Shown here: positions 9,539 to 19,137 of the stretch, piece by piece | How the letters are laid out: each line of letters opens with the position of its first letter | How positions within the stretch are numbered: the first letter of the stretch is position 1 | Source of the DNA: a virus | Strand: one strand, 5' to 3' | DNA length: 64,000 nt | Virus record (IMG/VR): IMGVR_UViG_3300031841_003468 | Coordinates: 1 to 64,000 of that record | Notes under the pieces: model-generated | What the model was told of the DNA's origin: nothing | Seen by the model: the letters and a program-made list of their open reading frames with translations, nothing else | Database searches by the model: none | Position numbers and translations under genes: made by a program

Positions 9539-11171
9539 TTCTATATCCCTCCCATTCGTTAATTTGTTTTCGCATCTTAACCATGTATTCAAAAGCTACA
9601 TCGTAGTTGAATATTTTCTTAGCTCGGTTTGTGTCTGGGTCACTGTCTTCAGAGAAGTAGATACCCTGACCATGAGACTCAACATGATTACCATAGTTTA
9701 AGTCACGGCACATACGCTTCCATAAGTATGTACGATCAAGCTCTGGTTGGCCTAGCACTTCGTTAATAAAATAACTAACTGTTTCAGCGATAGGCTGTCC
9801 CTTAGGATAAGTTTCTGGAATTGGTCTACGCTTGTCAATAGGGCAATCCCAAGTTTTAGATCTGTCTAAGATCTCAGTTTCCGTAAAGTACTTTTCCCAC
9901 ATCGCAGCAGTCTTGTCCCAACTGTATCGCTTCAGGGACTTAGATCTCTGTGTAGCTGCGATCAATGCACGTTCGTGCTGTGGCTTAGCTAAGAAGGACT
10001 TGAGTTCTTCCTTGAAGTTCTCATTATCAGGAATAGCTCGATAGCATCCAGTCTCAACTTCTTTATATAGTGTTAGTGGGTTTAGTGGAATAGCTCCCAG
10101 ATTATCTACCACACTTTCCATAGCAGAGTAGTAAGTGGCCATTAGGGGAACTCCACACTGAACAGCCTCAACCTGCGGCATACCAAATCCTTCACTGTTG
10201 GCATACTGTACATAGACATCAAACAGGTTGTATATCTCTGCTAATTCATGGTCTTCAATCTTGTTGTCCATACCAACTAGCTGTGCTTTTGGTTTGCCAC
10301 AAGAACGACAGAAGCGGTGGTTATCCTGATAGAAGCTGGGGAAGATCGCCCCGCAGTCCTTACACTTATAGGTCATCAGTACTTTAGATGACAGACCGTG
10401 CTCATGAATTAACTCAGGAATATCCCACCCAATATCCGGGAAATATGTATGTAAGTAAAGGAAGGTTTTTGTGTCACCAGTTTCATCTAGGTAACGACGG
10501 AAGCCATCCATTAGGTCTGGAAACATCTTACGCTTTTGGTTACGCATCACAGTACCGACGATATTAATATCTGTCTCTAGACCGTACTTGTCCCGTATCT
10601 TTGCTTTGTCCATAGGCTTGTAGCAATCTGCCGCACAGGGAGAAGCTACGTCTTGGAAATTAATGCTATCACCAGCCTGTTCGATCAGTACATCACGGCC
10701 AAACTCTGAGTAGGCGAAGTGAGCATCTGCATTAGCGAAGCAGTCAATCCAAGCAGGATTCTGTGGCTTAGCATCTACAGTAGGCATAATAACCCACTTG
10801 TAGTTGTTTCTAAAAGGAGATCGTTGTTCAAACTCAAGCATCCAAAAGTCACGAATGTCCATTACGAAGTCTGGCTTGAAGTCCAATAGAACACTGTTGA
10901 AAGTATACTCTCCAAACATTAGTGATGGTGAACTATGGTACTTCTCACGTCCAGCAGCATCATCTAAGTTAGGCGTATTTGGGAAAACCCGCCAAGGAGT
11001 AGCATTCATCTTATCAGTGTCTGAAGGCTTAGCATAACAAGCAAGCTCACCAATCTCGAACTTACCAGTAGCGTGAAGCCGACTGAGCACCTGCTTAGTA
11101 TAAACAGAGTATCCAGTTGGCAACCAGTTAGCTTCAGTAACGAATAATATTCGCTTCTTATTTGTTTGCAT
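9516..11171 (-). CDS. Glycosyltransferase family 4 with inserted Zn ribbon
   Basis: TGYS, VGTVMRNQKRK, YNLFDVYV...SEGFGMPQVEAVQCGVP; internal CKDC-x14-CRSC. Confidence 0.88.
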   Translation of the reverse strand: MQTNKKRILFVTEANWLPTGYSVYTKQVLSRLHATGKFEIGELACYAKPSDTDKMNATPWRVFPNTPNLDDAAGREKYHSSPSLMFGEYTFNSVLLDFKPDFVMDIRDFWMLEFEQRSPFRNNYKWVIMPTVDAKPQNPAWIDCFANADAHFAYSEFGRDVLIEQAGDSINFQDVASPCAADCYKPMDKAKIRDKYGLETDINIVGTVMRNQKRKMFPDLMDGFRRYLDETGDTKTFLYLHTYFPDIGWDIPELIHEHGLSSKVLMTYKCKDCGAIFPSFYQDNHRFCRSCGKPKAQLVGMDNKIEDHELAEIYNLFDVYVQYANSEGFGMPQVEAVQCGVPLMATYYSAMESVVDNLGAIPLNPLTLYKEVETGCYRAIPDNENFKEELKSFLAKPQHERALIAATQRSKSLKRYSWDKTAAMWEKYFTETEILDRSKTWDCPIDKRRPIPETYPKGQPIAETVSYFINEVLGQPELDRTYLWKRMCRDLNYGNHVESHGQGIYFSEDSDPDTNRAKKIFNYDVAFEYMVKMRKQINEWEGYRIESLISK

Positions 11172-11649
11172 TTCTTATCTTCCTGATGATTTCTAAAAAG
11201 TGAGTCTTAAACTCATTCTTTGTAAGACCAAGAGTACTACAGATCTCTGATCTCGTGTAACCTTCAGCACGCATTGTTATTAGCACGGTTTCCGTATTGG
11301 TGAGGCTAGGCATAGCTTCTGCAATTTTATCTACTGCCTGAGCATCTTTGTCCTCTAGGGAATTAGCCAAATAAAAATCATCGACTGAATAGGTTTTCTT
11401 ATGTTTGTTCTCTTTACCAAGCTGGCGAAGGATTTCATTTCTGATACAGTAGAATGCAAAGACTGAAAATTTAGCCTTGCGATCTTCACTGTAGTTTCTA
11501 ATTGCTTTTAGAAGACCTATACTTCCAATTTGTATGTAGTCTTCTAGCTCCATGCACTGATCGTACTTGTAGTACTTCTGTGCTTGCGATACAACTAAGC
11601 CAAAATGCTTCTGTACCTGAGCTTCTTCATCTATATTGCGGTTAATCAT
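11158..11649 (-). CDS. RNA polymerase sigma-70 family factor (regions 2 and 4)
   Basis: LEDYIQIGSIGLLKAIRNY...KFSVFAFYCIRNEI; HTH GYTRSEICSTLG. Confidence 0.88.
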   Translation of the reverse strand: MINRNIDEEAQVQKHFGLVVSQAQKYYKYDQCMELEDYIQIGSIGLLKAIRNYSEDRKAKFSVFAFYCIRNEILRQLGKENKHKKTYSVDDFYLANSLEDKDAQAVDKIAEAMPSLTNTETVLITMRAEGYTRSEICSTLGLTKNEFKTHFLEIIRKIRNANK

Positions 11650-11983
11650 TGGTGTTCTCAGACTTCCCTGTGAAATTACGAAACTTGCTTACTCTAAAAT
11701 TAATCTTGGATCTGTTCTGACCATCGGATGTCCATCGTTGTTGCCGTGCAATGCTTTCCACCAAGAGTAAGTCTCCTTTGGAGCAGTATCGTTTAATTGC
11801 GTCTGCACCAGAATCCCAAGCCTCAAAGTCTAAAAACTCTACACGCTTACGGTTATGACCTTGATTATCACGACGATGCTCTTCCACAGCAAGGGTGAAT
11901 GTAACAAGGCTAGTGCCGTTAACGTTTTTCAATGTAGGGTCATCAACAAGACGACCGCAAAATGTACAATGATTCATATTCAA
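11642..11983 (-). CDS. ssb: Single-stranded DNA-binding protein (no acidic tail)
   Basis: N-x4-GRLVDDP, FTLAV, FLDFEAW, KGDLLLVES. Confidence 0.9.
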   Translation of the reverse strand: MNMNHCTFCGRLVDDPTLKNVNGTSLVTFTLAVEEHRRDNQGHNRKRVEFLDFEAWDSGADAIKRYCSKGDLLLVESIARQQRWTSDGQNRSKINFRVSKFRNFTGKSENTND

Positions 11984-12014
11984 ATATCCTTTCTAAACAT
12001 TATGTATCGCAGTG

Positions 12015-13574
12015 TTAGATTTGACACACTTTGTTGACAATTACTCCACCATCTTTCTTACTAGAGGTTTGACCCATTAGCATGACAGTGTTACCTTGAT
12101 GGAGTAGCTCCTGATACTTCTCATATGTTTCAGTAAAGGCAATAACAGAGTCTAGTAGACCAGTATTGTCTTCGATACATAAGAAGCACATGACGTTCCC
12201 TGCATTCTTTCCGCTTTTGATAGTCCATTCTCTGGCAGAATTAATTTGAACACATAGGTTTACTTTACCTTCTTTACCCAACAGAATATCTCTACATGTG
12301 GTGTCAGTGGCAACATGTCCACCAGATGCATCTACACGAGAATATGTTAATCCTGCTCCCATGTATTTCTCTTCAACTTCAGCAATCCACACAGGACTGT
12401 CATCAAGGGAATACATTGGCTCTTCTAAGGTTTGAAGAATATCACTTACTGAGGATAGTCGTCGTGAGGTAATCTTGTGATTATTAATCATGTACCGCAC
12501 AGCTTCGCTCAGCTCTTCAGTTGGTTTGTAGTTCTCTGCTATGAACTGTTGTTCACGCTTAGTTAAAGATTTCCAGCAATCAAACTCATAAAGCATCTTC
12601 TGTCGGGAAACCTTGCAGTTTGGCCCATTAAATGCTCCGCATGATATTAGTGCTACAGATGCCTGCTTGTTAATCTGCCCTGCCAGATGGACTAACACAT
12701 CCATCCAACTCCAGCTTGCAAACTCAGTATTATTTGCATCACAGCCTTCTTCAATCTTTGCTTCAATCTTCAAACACTCACTGTCACCGACCTGCTTGAT
12801 ATCATTATATCCAAAGTAGATTTTACGTCCTACCTCTTGGAAGTTGCGATAGAAGTTATTTAATCGTGGTGGCAGAACTTCGATGTCATAAAGCTTAGCA
12901 TCAGAGATAAGCTCTTTGATTTCTGCTTGTGAGTCCTGCTTACGAGATGAGTGATTTAGGTAGCTTCTAAAGAATTCTACTGTTCGGTGAGCCTTACAGT
13001 ATGCACTCCAGAAACTGTTAAATGCGTAAGAAACTGCATGGGACTTATTGAATGCGTAGCGACTAGACTTTTCAATCCAACTAAAGATTTCTTCGGCCAC
13101 GTCTGCTGGCACAATACCAACCTTCTTGGCACCCTTAATAAAGTCTTCCTTCACCTGATTCATAAGTGCGGCATTTTTCTTACCAATAGCTTTACGCAAC
13201 ACATCAGCTTCGGACAAGCTAAAGCCAGCAAGTGTCTGTGCGATTTTCATGGATTGTTCCTGATATACAAGAATTCCATAGGTAGAGCCGAGGATAGGCT
13301 CCAGAGATTCATGCAGATAAACCACTTCATCAATGCCAGCTTTACGGTCAACATAATGTTGTGTCATAGACTTACCTTCAGACATAGCCTTAAGAGTTCC
13401 GGGACGGATAACACTAATAAGTGCCGCCAGTTCCTCAATGTTCTCAGGCTTTACTCGTTTGGCCCATGACCTACCGAGATTACTCTCTAGCTGAAAAACG
13501 CCTTTAGTTAGACCCTCTTGAATAAGAGCCCACGTTTTCTTGTCCTTGAAGTTGTTTAGGTTTAATCTGCTCAT
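12015..13574 (-). CDS. dnaE: DNA polymerase III alpha, C-terminal half (fingers, HhH, OB fold)
   Basis: GVFQLES, IRPG, TYGILVYQEQ, ADVLRKAIGKK, YAFNKSHAVSY, OB-fold M-x-FLxIEDxTG. Confidence 0.93.
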   Translation of the reverse strand: MSRLNLNNFKDKKTWALIQEGLTKGVFQLESNLGRSWAKRVKPENIEELAALISVIRPGTLKAMSEGKSMTQHYVDRKAGIDEVVYLHESLEPILGSTYGILVYQEQSMKIAQTLAGFSLSEADVLRKAIGKKNAALMNQVKEDFIKGAKKVGIVPADVAEEIFSWIEKSSRYAFNKSHAVSYAFNSFWSAYCKAHRTVEFFRSYLNHSSRKQDSQAEIKELISDAKLYDIEVLPPRLNNFYRNFQEVGRKIYFGYNDIKQVGDSECLKIEAKIEEGCDANNTEFASWSWMDVLVHLAGQINKQASVALISCGAFNGPNCKVSRQKMLYEFDCWKSLTKREQQFIAENYKPTEELSEAVRYMINNHKITSRRLSSVSDILQTLEEPMYSLDDSPVWIAEVEEKYMGAGLTYSRVDASGGHVATDTTCRDILLGKEGKVNLCVQINSAREWTIKSGKNAGNVMCFLCIEDNTGLLDSVIAFTETYEKYQELLHQGNTVMLMGQTSSKKDGGVIVNKVCQI

Positions 13575-13576
13575 TA

Positions 13577-13804
13577 TTAGTCCTCAAAGTTAACGGGTTC
13601 TGAAACACCAGCACCACGATTTTTATAGCGATTAGGATCTGCCAGACCATTGTCTAGAACACTCTTGCTTGTAGTGTAGTCGCCGTAAGCATCACGACAA
13701 GTGACTGAACCATCACAGTTTTCTTCTACAACCATGCTCTCGTGACTGCCATACAAAGATGGGGTTTTTAGCAATACCTTTACTACTCTGTTTCTGCGTA
13801 CCAT
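13577..13804 (-). CDS. Hypothetical protein
   Basis: 75 aa, strong AAGGAG RBS. Confidence 0.55.
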   Translation of the reverse strand: MVRRNRVVKVLLKTPSLYGSHESMVVEENCDGSVTCRDAYGDYTTSKSVLDNGLADPNRYKNRGAGVSEPVNFED

Positions 13805-13822
13805 TTCTTGTTCTCCTTATAA

Positions 13823-14530
13823 TTAGTTAGCGACACTGTATGGAATATATAGGTCTTGAGCTCCAAAAGCTTTCTCGAACTTAGTTCGACCTGCAATACT
13901 CCGTTGAAATTTCATAAACTTGATTAAAATGTTGGCTGTGTCAATCACATCGTACAATGCGTCATGAGCATTAGCCTTGCTCGTTTCTGGCAATCCGAGA
14001 TAATCTCGCATGTAATCCATATTGAGGCGACTTACGTCTTTATTGTTTTCTGTCCACAAGAATAGCATGTCCATAAGGTCAATCTTGTAGATCATGTTAA
14101 AGACGGTCTGTTTACCTTCTTTGTTTACATTGCCATGTTCCTCTGCTAGTCGCTGGATGATTGGTAAATCAAAGTTGTTGATATTATAACCAGCAGCGAT
14201 TGGTGCATAGTAACTTGTTTTCTTGAAGTTGAACTGGTCAACCCACTTGGTGAACTTGCCCCAGACAGACTTTAGTGAAGGTGCTTTACGTAAGTCTTCA
14301 CGATTCTTTCCGGTGATGTCAAGAGCTTCCTGTTGCAGTGGGTCAAGACCTGCTGCGATAGCTTCTTCGTCTTCCAGTGGTCGAATCTCACTATTGAACA
14401 CACCATTAGGTTGTAGTGTTAGCTTACGACCATGAAGTGCTACAGCGGCAATCTGAGTTGGCTGAGTTGTCTTAGGGTATCGTGAACCAGTTTCAAAGTC
14501 GAATACAATAATGTCTCTATAATTAGCCAT
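13823..14530 (-). CDS. DEDDh 3'-5' exonuclease (DnaQ/epsilon-like)
   Basis: ExoI DFETG, ExoII YNINNFD, ExoIII HDALYD; start moved to ATG 14530. Confidence 0.9.
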   Translation of the reverse strand: MANYRDIIVFDFETGSRYPKTTQPTQIAAVALHGRKLTLQPNGVFNSEIRPLEDEEAIAAGLDPLQQEALDITGKNREDLRKAPSLKSVWGKFTKWVDQFNFKKTSYYAPIAAGYNINNFDLPIIQRLAEEHGNVNKEGKQTVFNMIYKIDLMDMLFLWTENNKDVSRLNMDYMRDYLGLPETSKANAHDALYDVIDTANILIKFMKFQRSIAGRTKFEKAFGAQDLYIPYSVAN

Positions 14531-14798
14531 TGTTATCCACCTTCTTTGTATAAATTTTTCGTCGTACAATCTTGCGAAGTTCAGAAAAGCGATTAACTGC
14601 TTCACCTAGATTGCGGTAAGTTTCTGATACGTGTGGCAGACCGTGATCTCCACCTGATAGATAAACCTGATACAGTGGCTTACTAAACTCTTTACGTAGA
14701 GGTTGGTAGTCAGCTAAATCGCAGATAGAGAGGTTTTTGTAACTCACTCCACCACCATGAAGCACGGTATCAATAATTCGTTCTCTTGTCATTTCCAT
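14523..14798 (-). CDS. Hypothetical protein
   Basis: 91 aa, overlaps stop of dnaE-N. Confidence 0.55.
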   Translation of the reverse strand: MEMTRERIIDTVLHGGGVSYKNLSICDLADYQPLRKEFSKPLYQVYLSGGDHGLPHVSETYRNLGEAVNRFSELRKIVRRKIYTKKVDNNG

Positions 14799-16678
14799 TA
14801 AAAAGTCTCCTTAACTTCCATAATTTTGCTGAGTAAGTCAATACCCAAGACATCAAATTTAACGTGACCCATTGACTCTAGGTCGTTCATTTCAAGACCA
14901 GCAACACGCTTGCCTTCCTTATCTCTTACCATCGGGCAAACCTCATCGAGATTCTTAGATGATATAATAACTCCAGCGGCATGTTTACCCTGAGTCTTGT
15001 ATGTGCCTTCGATAGCGATAGCTTGCTCAAACACATGGGCTAATGAACCACTCAGTAATCCTAGATCGTCAATTTTGCAGTACTTACTTAACTTTGGTTC
15101 GTTATAAAGTGCAAATTTTAAGATAGATTTTTCACCCATTGCTTCCAACTGGTCAGATACATCTGCTTCGTGTGGAATGAGCTTAGAGAGTTCATTCATT
15201 TCGGTGAAGGAGTAACTTCCTTCTGTACGCATAACTTCCTTTAGTGCAGCTCGACCAGCAAGACGACCAAATGTTAACATCTGTGAAACACGCTCTTCTC
15301 CGTAAGTTCGTTTGATATAATCAATAACTTCGTCACGGTGTTCTGCGGGTACGTCGATATCAATATCGGGAAGTGCTACATGGTCTTCTGTATTACGTCC
15401 AGCATTGTAGAATCGCTCAAAAATTAAGTCATACTCAATAGGATCTACCTGAGTAATCCCTACGAGGTAAGACACTAAGCAACCTGCCGCTGAACCTCTT
15501 CCCGGCCCTGCCATCCATCCCTGAGATTCGACAAACTCGATAATCCCACGAACAATCAAGAAGTAGCCAGCAAGATCTGCACCAGAAATAACGTCTAGTT
15601 CTGCCACGATACGGTCACGATAGATGTCAGAGACTTTCGGATCGTCAACCTTACCAGTGGATTGTAGTAGTTGAGCCCAACCTTTACGGCAAAGCTCACG
15701 CAGCCAAGAGTCTTCGTCATATCCTTCAGGAGTATTATAAGTTGGGAGCATAGGCTTACCCAAGATCTCATACTCTTCGCACATGTCTGCAATCTTAGCT
15801 GCATTTGCAATCTCTTCTTCTGTGTGAATGGCTAGCATTTCTTCCTCAGTAGGAATATGGAAGCTATCACTCAAGAAAAATCCTGCAAGAGGTACGGATT
15901 CGCCACGTTCCAGTGACTCATTTATTTTCTTCATGTTAGTACGGAGACCGGCACACAGTAGAATCCGTTGGTATTCTGCATCTGAACGACGAACATAGTG
16001 AGAGTCTGCAGTGGCAACCTTCTGGTGGTCAAAGCTACGTAGGCATTCTCCAATCACTTTGGCTGATGGCATACGATCTTGGTCAATCAGTTGGATCTCA
16101 AGATACAAGTTGCCCCTAAACATGTTGTCGTAGTCACGAATAAGCTGATAGGCACGCTGCTTCCATTGTGGGTGCAGTAGAGCTTTAGCTTCTTTGTATG
16201 TCTTTGCGTTATAGGCTTCTTTTGGGTCTGTAAACAGGCATCCTGCAAGTTCAGTTCCGGGATGTCCTGTGATACATATAATATTATCTCCACCCAGTAA
16301 TTGAGCCATCATAGATTTGTCTAGTCTTGGCTTGTAGTAGAAAGCTTCTTCACTGTTTGAGTAAGAAACTGCATTAACCAGTTGATCCCATCCATCTTTA
16401 TTTTTAGCAAGAAGAACGATGTGGTCTAAGTGACGGTTGTCTTTATCTTTTTCTGCTACAGGTTTCTGCGAGACATAGAATTCACAGCCTAGAATTGGCT
16501 TGATATCTTGGGCTTTACAGGCTTTGTAGAATGTAACTGCACCTGAGATAGTACCGTGATCAGTCAAAGCACAACTATTGTAACCTTGTTCCTTACAGTA
16601 GGCTGCGATGTCATCCGGCTTGGAATAACCATCAAGCAATGAATAGTGTGAATGTAAATGAAGCGGCACCCAAGTCAT
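14798..16678 (-). CDS. dnaE: DNA polymerase III alpha, N-terminal half (PHP + palm)
   Basis: LHLHSHYSLLDG, ALTDHG, KPILGCE, TADSHY, GPGRGSAAG, PDIDID, HAAGVII, KFDVLG; ATG 16678 after AGGAG. Confidence 0.95.
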   Translation of the reverse strand: MTWVPLHLHSHYSLLDGYSKPDDIAAYCKEQGYNSCALTDHGTISGAVTFYKACKAQDIKPILGCEFYVSQKPVAEKDKDNRHLDHIVLLAKNKDGWDQLVNAVSYSNSEEAFYYKPRLDKSMMAQLLGGDNIICITGHPGTELAGCLFTDPKEAYNAKTYKEAKALLHPQWKQRAYQLIRDYDNMFRGNLYLEIQLIDQDRMPSAKVIGECLRSFDHQKVATADSHYVRRSDAEYQRILLCAGLRTNMKKINESLERGESVPLAGFFLSDSFHIPTEEEMLAIHTEEEIANAAKIADMCEEYEILGKPMLPTYNTPEGYDEDSWLRELCRKGWAQLLQSTGKVDDPKVSDIYRDRIVAELDVISGADLAGYFLIVRGIIEFVESQGWMAGPGRGSAAGCLVSYLVGITQVDPIEYDLIFERFYNAGRNTEDHVALPDIDIDVPAEHRDEVIDYIKRTYGEERVSQMLTFGRLAGRAALKEVMRTEGSYSFTEMNELSKLIPHEADVSDQLEAMGEKSILKFALYNEPKLSKYCKIDDLGLLSGSLAHVFEQAIAIEGTYKTQGKHAAGVIISSKNLDEVCPMVRDKEGKRVAGLEMNDLESMGHVKFDVLGIDLLSKIMEVKETF

Positions 16679-16753
16679 ATCTGTCTCCTGACGCACCGGA
16701 TCACCGATGCAAAAAAAATTAAATTGTCGTCGGTGTTTTAACCTTACAGAATC

Positions 16754-16782
16754 ATTATAGCGATTCGTGCAAGTTTTGTCAA
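16754..16782 (-). promoter_or_regulatory. Consensus sigma-70 promoter upstream of dnaE-N
   Basis: TTGACA-17nt-TATAAT on minus strand. Confidence 0.85.
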
Positions 16783-17315
16783 CTCAAAAAATCATTAATC
16801 GAATATAAATCTTCGATTTTCATATTCCAGCAATCTGAACGAACACGATAACCGTTATCTCCGTCCCTTGTTCCCTCTTTAAGGAAACGTGCCTTCTCGA
16901 AGTATTCATCCTTAGGATACCATCCCAGAATGTATGCGTTGCCCCATTTCTTCTTGGGGGCATTCTTGTGGTACTCAATACGAGCAAACACATATCCATC
17001 ACACTTCTGTCGGGTATTCCAGTTAGAAATACTTACTTCATAATGCATTTGTGGTTCGGAGATACACTTCTTGGTTTTTACGTCAAGAAGTATACCGTCC
17101 TTAATTATATCATATTCGTAGGTGTTGTCAATCTCAGCACCAATAAAATTGGCAACTACTTCTTCACCTAAGAATCCAACCATTCGGCCTTTGCCCTTCA
17201 TGAATGAGCCATTAATTAGACCCATCTCTTTGGACTTTTCCCAAGCGGAGTCCCTCTGTTCCCAAGAGGGTACTCCTACATTATATATTACAGGTTGACT
17301 TTTTGAGGTCATCAT
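16779..17315 (-). CDS. PD-(D/E)XK restriction-endonuclease-like protein
   Basis: GFLGEEVV...YDI...DVKTK. Confidence 0.6.
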   Translation of the reverse strand: MMTSKSQPVIYNVGVPSWEQRDSAWEKSKEMGLINGSFMKGKGRMVGFLGEEVVANFIGAEIDNTYEYDIIKDGILLDVKTKKCISEPQMHYEVSISNWNTRQKCDGYVFARIEYHKNAPKKKWGNAYILGWYPKDEYFEKARFLKEGTRDGDNGYRVRSDCWNMKIEDLYSINDFLS

Positions 17316-18364
17316 TATTCCGTAGATCCCGGAGCTTGATAATAGTTTAGGTCGAAGCCTTCATTAGTCAAGTCCTTAACAGTTTTGTCGTGACCATGTT
17401 CTTTCATGTAGTCCTCTACATGGTTACACATTGGCTTGTCAGTTCCCGGCCAGTTTTTCTTATAGAAATCACATAGGCGAGTACACTTGAAGCTTTTGCG
17501 TTCAGGTGAGCATGGCATTGGACGTAAATTGTTCTTAACTTCTTCAAAACGTGCTCGTAGCATATCCAAGAACTTACGTTCATCAGACTCATCGTAGCAC
17601 ATACTGAATGGGCCACCGTCACGGATATAGAAGATTGAAAGGATTGACTGCTTGTATTGCGGGAATAGCTTACGCATCGCATAGTTATACAACAGTAGCT
17701 GTGGATCTTTCTGTAGGTACTCGTAAGTTTTTTCCTCACCAGTAGCCCAGTTTACTCGTCGGCCAGTTTTCCAGTCAATGATCTCGATGGTTTCATCGTC
17801 ATCACATAGAGTAACTAAGTCAATAGTTCCCTTGATTGCTAACTGTCCTTCTAGCTTACGACCGTCAGGTAGCTCATACTCATACTTTGCCCAAGGCTCA
17901 TCAATAGCAATGTCAAAGTGAGGTTCTGGTGCTACTACATTTCTACGGCGAACATCGAACTGTCCGTCATTCCAAGCAACACAATCATCAACCTGCTTCT
18001 TACAGAACTTGTAGTCTGCTGGCTTGTACTCATGGTCGTCATGGCTAGTATAATATTCAAAGCTAATGTCTAATAGCTTGTATAAGAAATCCATTGACTT
18101 CGGATGATCTGGGTCGAGATTAGTTCTAGTGAACTTTACCTCTGCAACTTCAGGATCAACAAAAGTCATTCGCTTCCTGTCAGGATTATCTTGTAACATC
18201 TTCTTCATCCCAGCGGCAATCTCGAACACTTTATGAACGATAGTACCTAGCTGAGCTTTCTTACCGGAGACTGAACGATAGCCCAGAACATAGGTAAGGA
18301 AGTACTGCATCTGGCAGTAGTCGAAGTTGTTGTAGCTTGAGCTACGGAAATATGTAACGAACAT
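17315..18364 (-). CDS. PD-(D/E)XK exonuclease, AddB/Cas4-like with Fe-S cysteines
   Basis: SS...C at N-term, GTIVH, KGTIDLV, IIDWKTG, QLLLY, C-terminal C-x3-C...C. Confidence 0.85.
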   Translation of the reverse strand: MFVTYFRSSSYNNFDYCQMQYFLTYVLGYRSVSGKKAQLGTIVHKVFEIAAGMKKMLQDNPDRKRMTFVDPEVAEVKFTRTNLDPDHPKSMDFLYKLLDISFEYYTSHDDHEYKPADYKFCKKQVDDCVAWNDGQFDVRRRNVVAPEPHFDIAIDEPWAKYEYELPDGRKLEGQLAIKGTIDLVTLCDDDETIEIIDWKTGRRVNWATGEEKTYEYLQKDPQLLLYNYAMRKLFPQYKQSILSIFYIRDGGPFSMCYDESDERKFLDMLRARFEEVKNNLRPMPCSPERKSFKCTRLCDFYKKNWPGTDKPMCNHVEDYMKEHGHDKTVKDLTNEGFDLNYYQAPGSTE

Positions 18365-19137
18365 TAACTGTCCTTTTCTTCTGCAGACTCTGGAGCATCC
18401 ATCCAGCCAAAGCCCTTGATTAAATCGAGTAGCTTCATGCTCTGTTCTTCGATGTTCATTGAAGTATTATCAATAACACCATCATATACAGAGTCATCAA
18501 GGTGGTCAAGTGCAGTTTCACTTTGGTGTGAATCTTCAAATGGCTTGCGGGTTAGTCGGATGACTTTACCGCCAGCAGCCTGCACTGCCTCGATCTCATT
18601 AGGAAATCTAACATCGGAAATCAATGATAGATGTGTATTCGATTGGGTAACCTGATTGATACAAGCATCAACCCAAATGTTAGGATAAATCTTGCGACAC
18701 AAGTCGCTACCGAAGTGCTGTAAGAATTCTCTGGAGGTCATTGCTCCACTCTTACCTTCAACTCCCGGCATGTCTTCCCAGTTGTATTGCGTAGGTGTAT
18801 TCTTCTCATCATTTGTGCCAAATACCTGTTCTGGCTTAATACCGAATAAGCTAACAGCCATATTCTTCAGAGTATCAGCAAAGGCAAAGTGTCGAACATA
18901 CGGCCACATGTTTTCCATTGCCCATTGAGCAAATTCCATGTCTGTTCTTGCACATTCAATTACAAATTTGTCGTCCGAACCTTCTTCGTCTGAAGGAACT
19001 ACAAGTTGACCACCATTCCCAATATCAAAGTTTGGGATCTTTCCAAATGCAGTTAACTGAACACCGTGTAAAAAATTAACACATGTACTCTTGCCTGATT
19101 GCTTGCGTCCTGCAAACGCTAAAATATGTCCTGTCAT
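18364..19137 (-). CDS. Deoxynucleoside monophosphate kinase
   Basis: AFAGRKQSGKST, FADTLK, REFLQHFG, ISDVRFPNE, HQSET. Confidence 0.88.
   Translation of the reverse strand: MTGHILAFAGRKQSGKSTCVNFLHGVQLTAFGKIPNFDIGNGGQLVVPSDEEGSDDKFVIECARTDMEFAQWAMENMWPYVRHFAFADTLKNMAVSLFGIKPEQVFGTNDEKNTPTQYNWEDMPGVEGKSGAMTSREFLQHFGSDLCRKIYPNIWVDACINQVTQSNTHLSLISDVRFPNEIEAVQAAGGKVIRLTRKPFEDSHQSETALDHLDDSVYDGVIDNTSMNIEEQSMKLLDLIKGFGWMDAPESAEEKDS

Noticed and set aside
13575-14797. Group I/II intron or intein interrupting dnaE
   Set aside because: The interval is filled by three normal ORFs, and no intron core or intein motifs are visible
17315-18364. Cas4 / CRISPR system
   Set aside because: No repeat-spacer array or other cas genes; replication context fits a phage exonuclease
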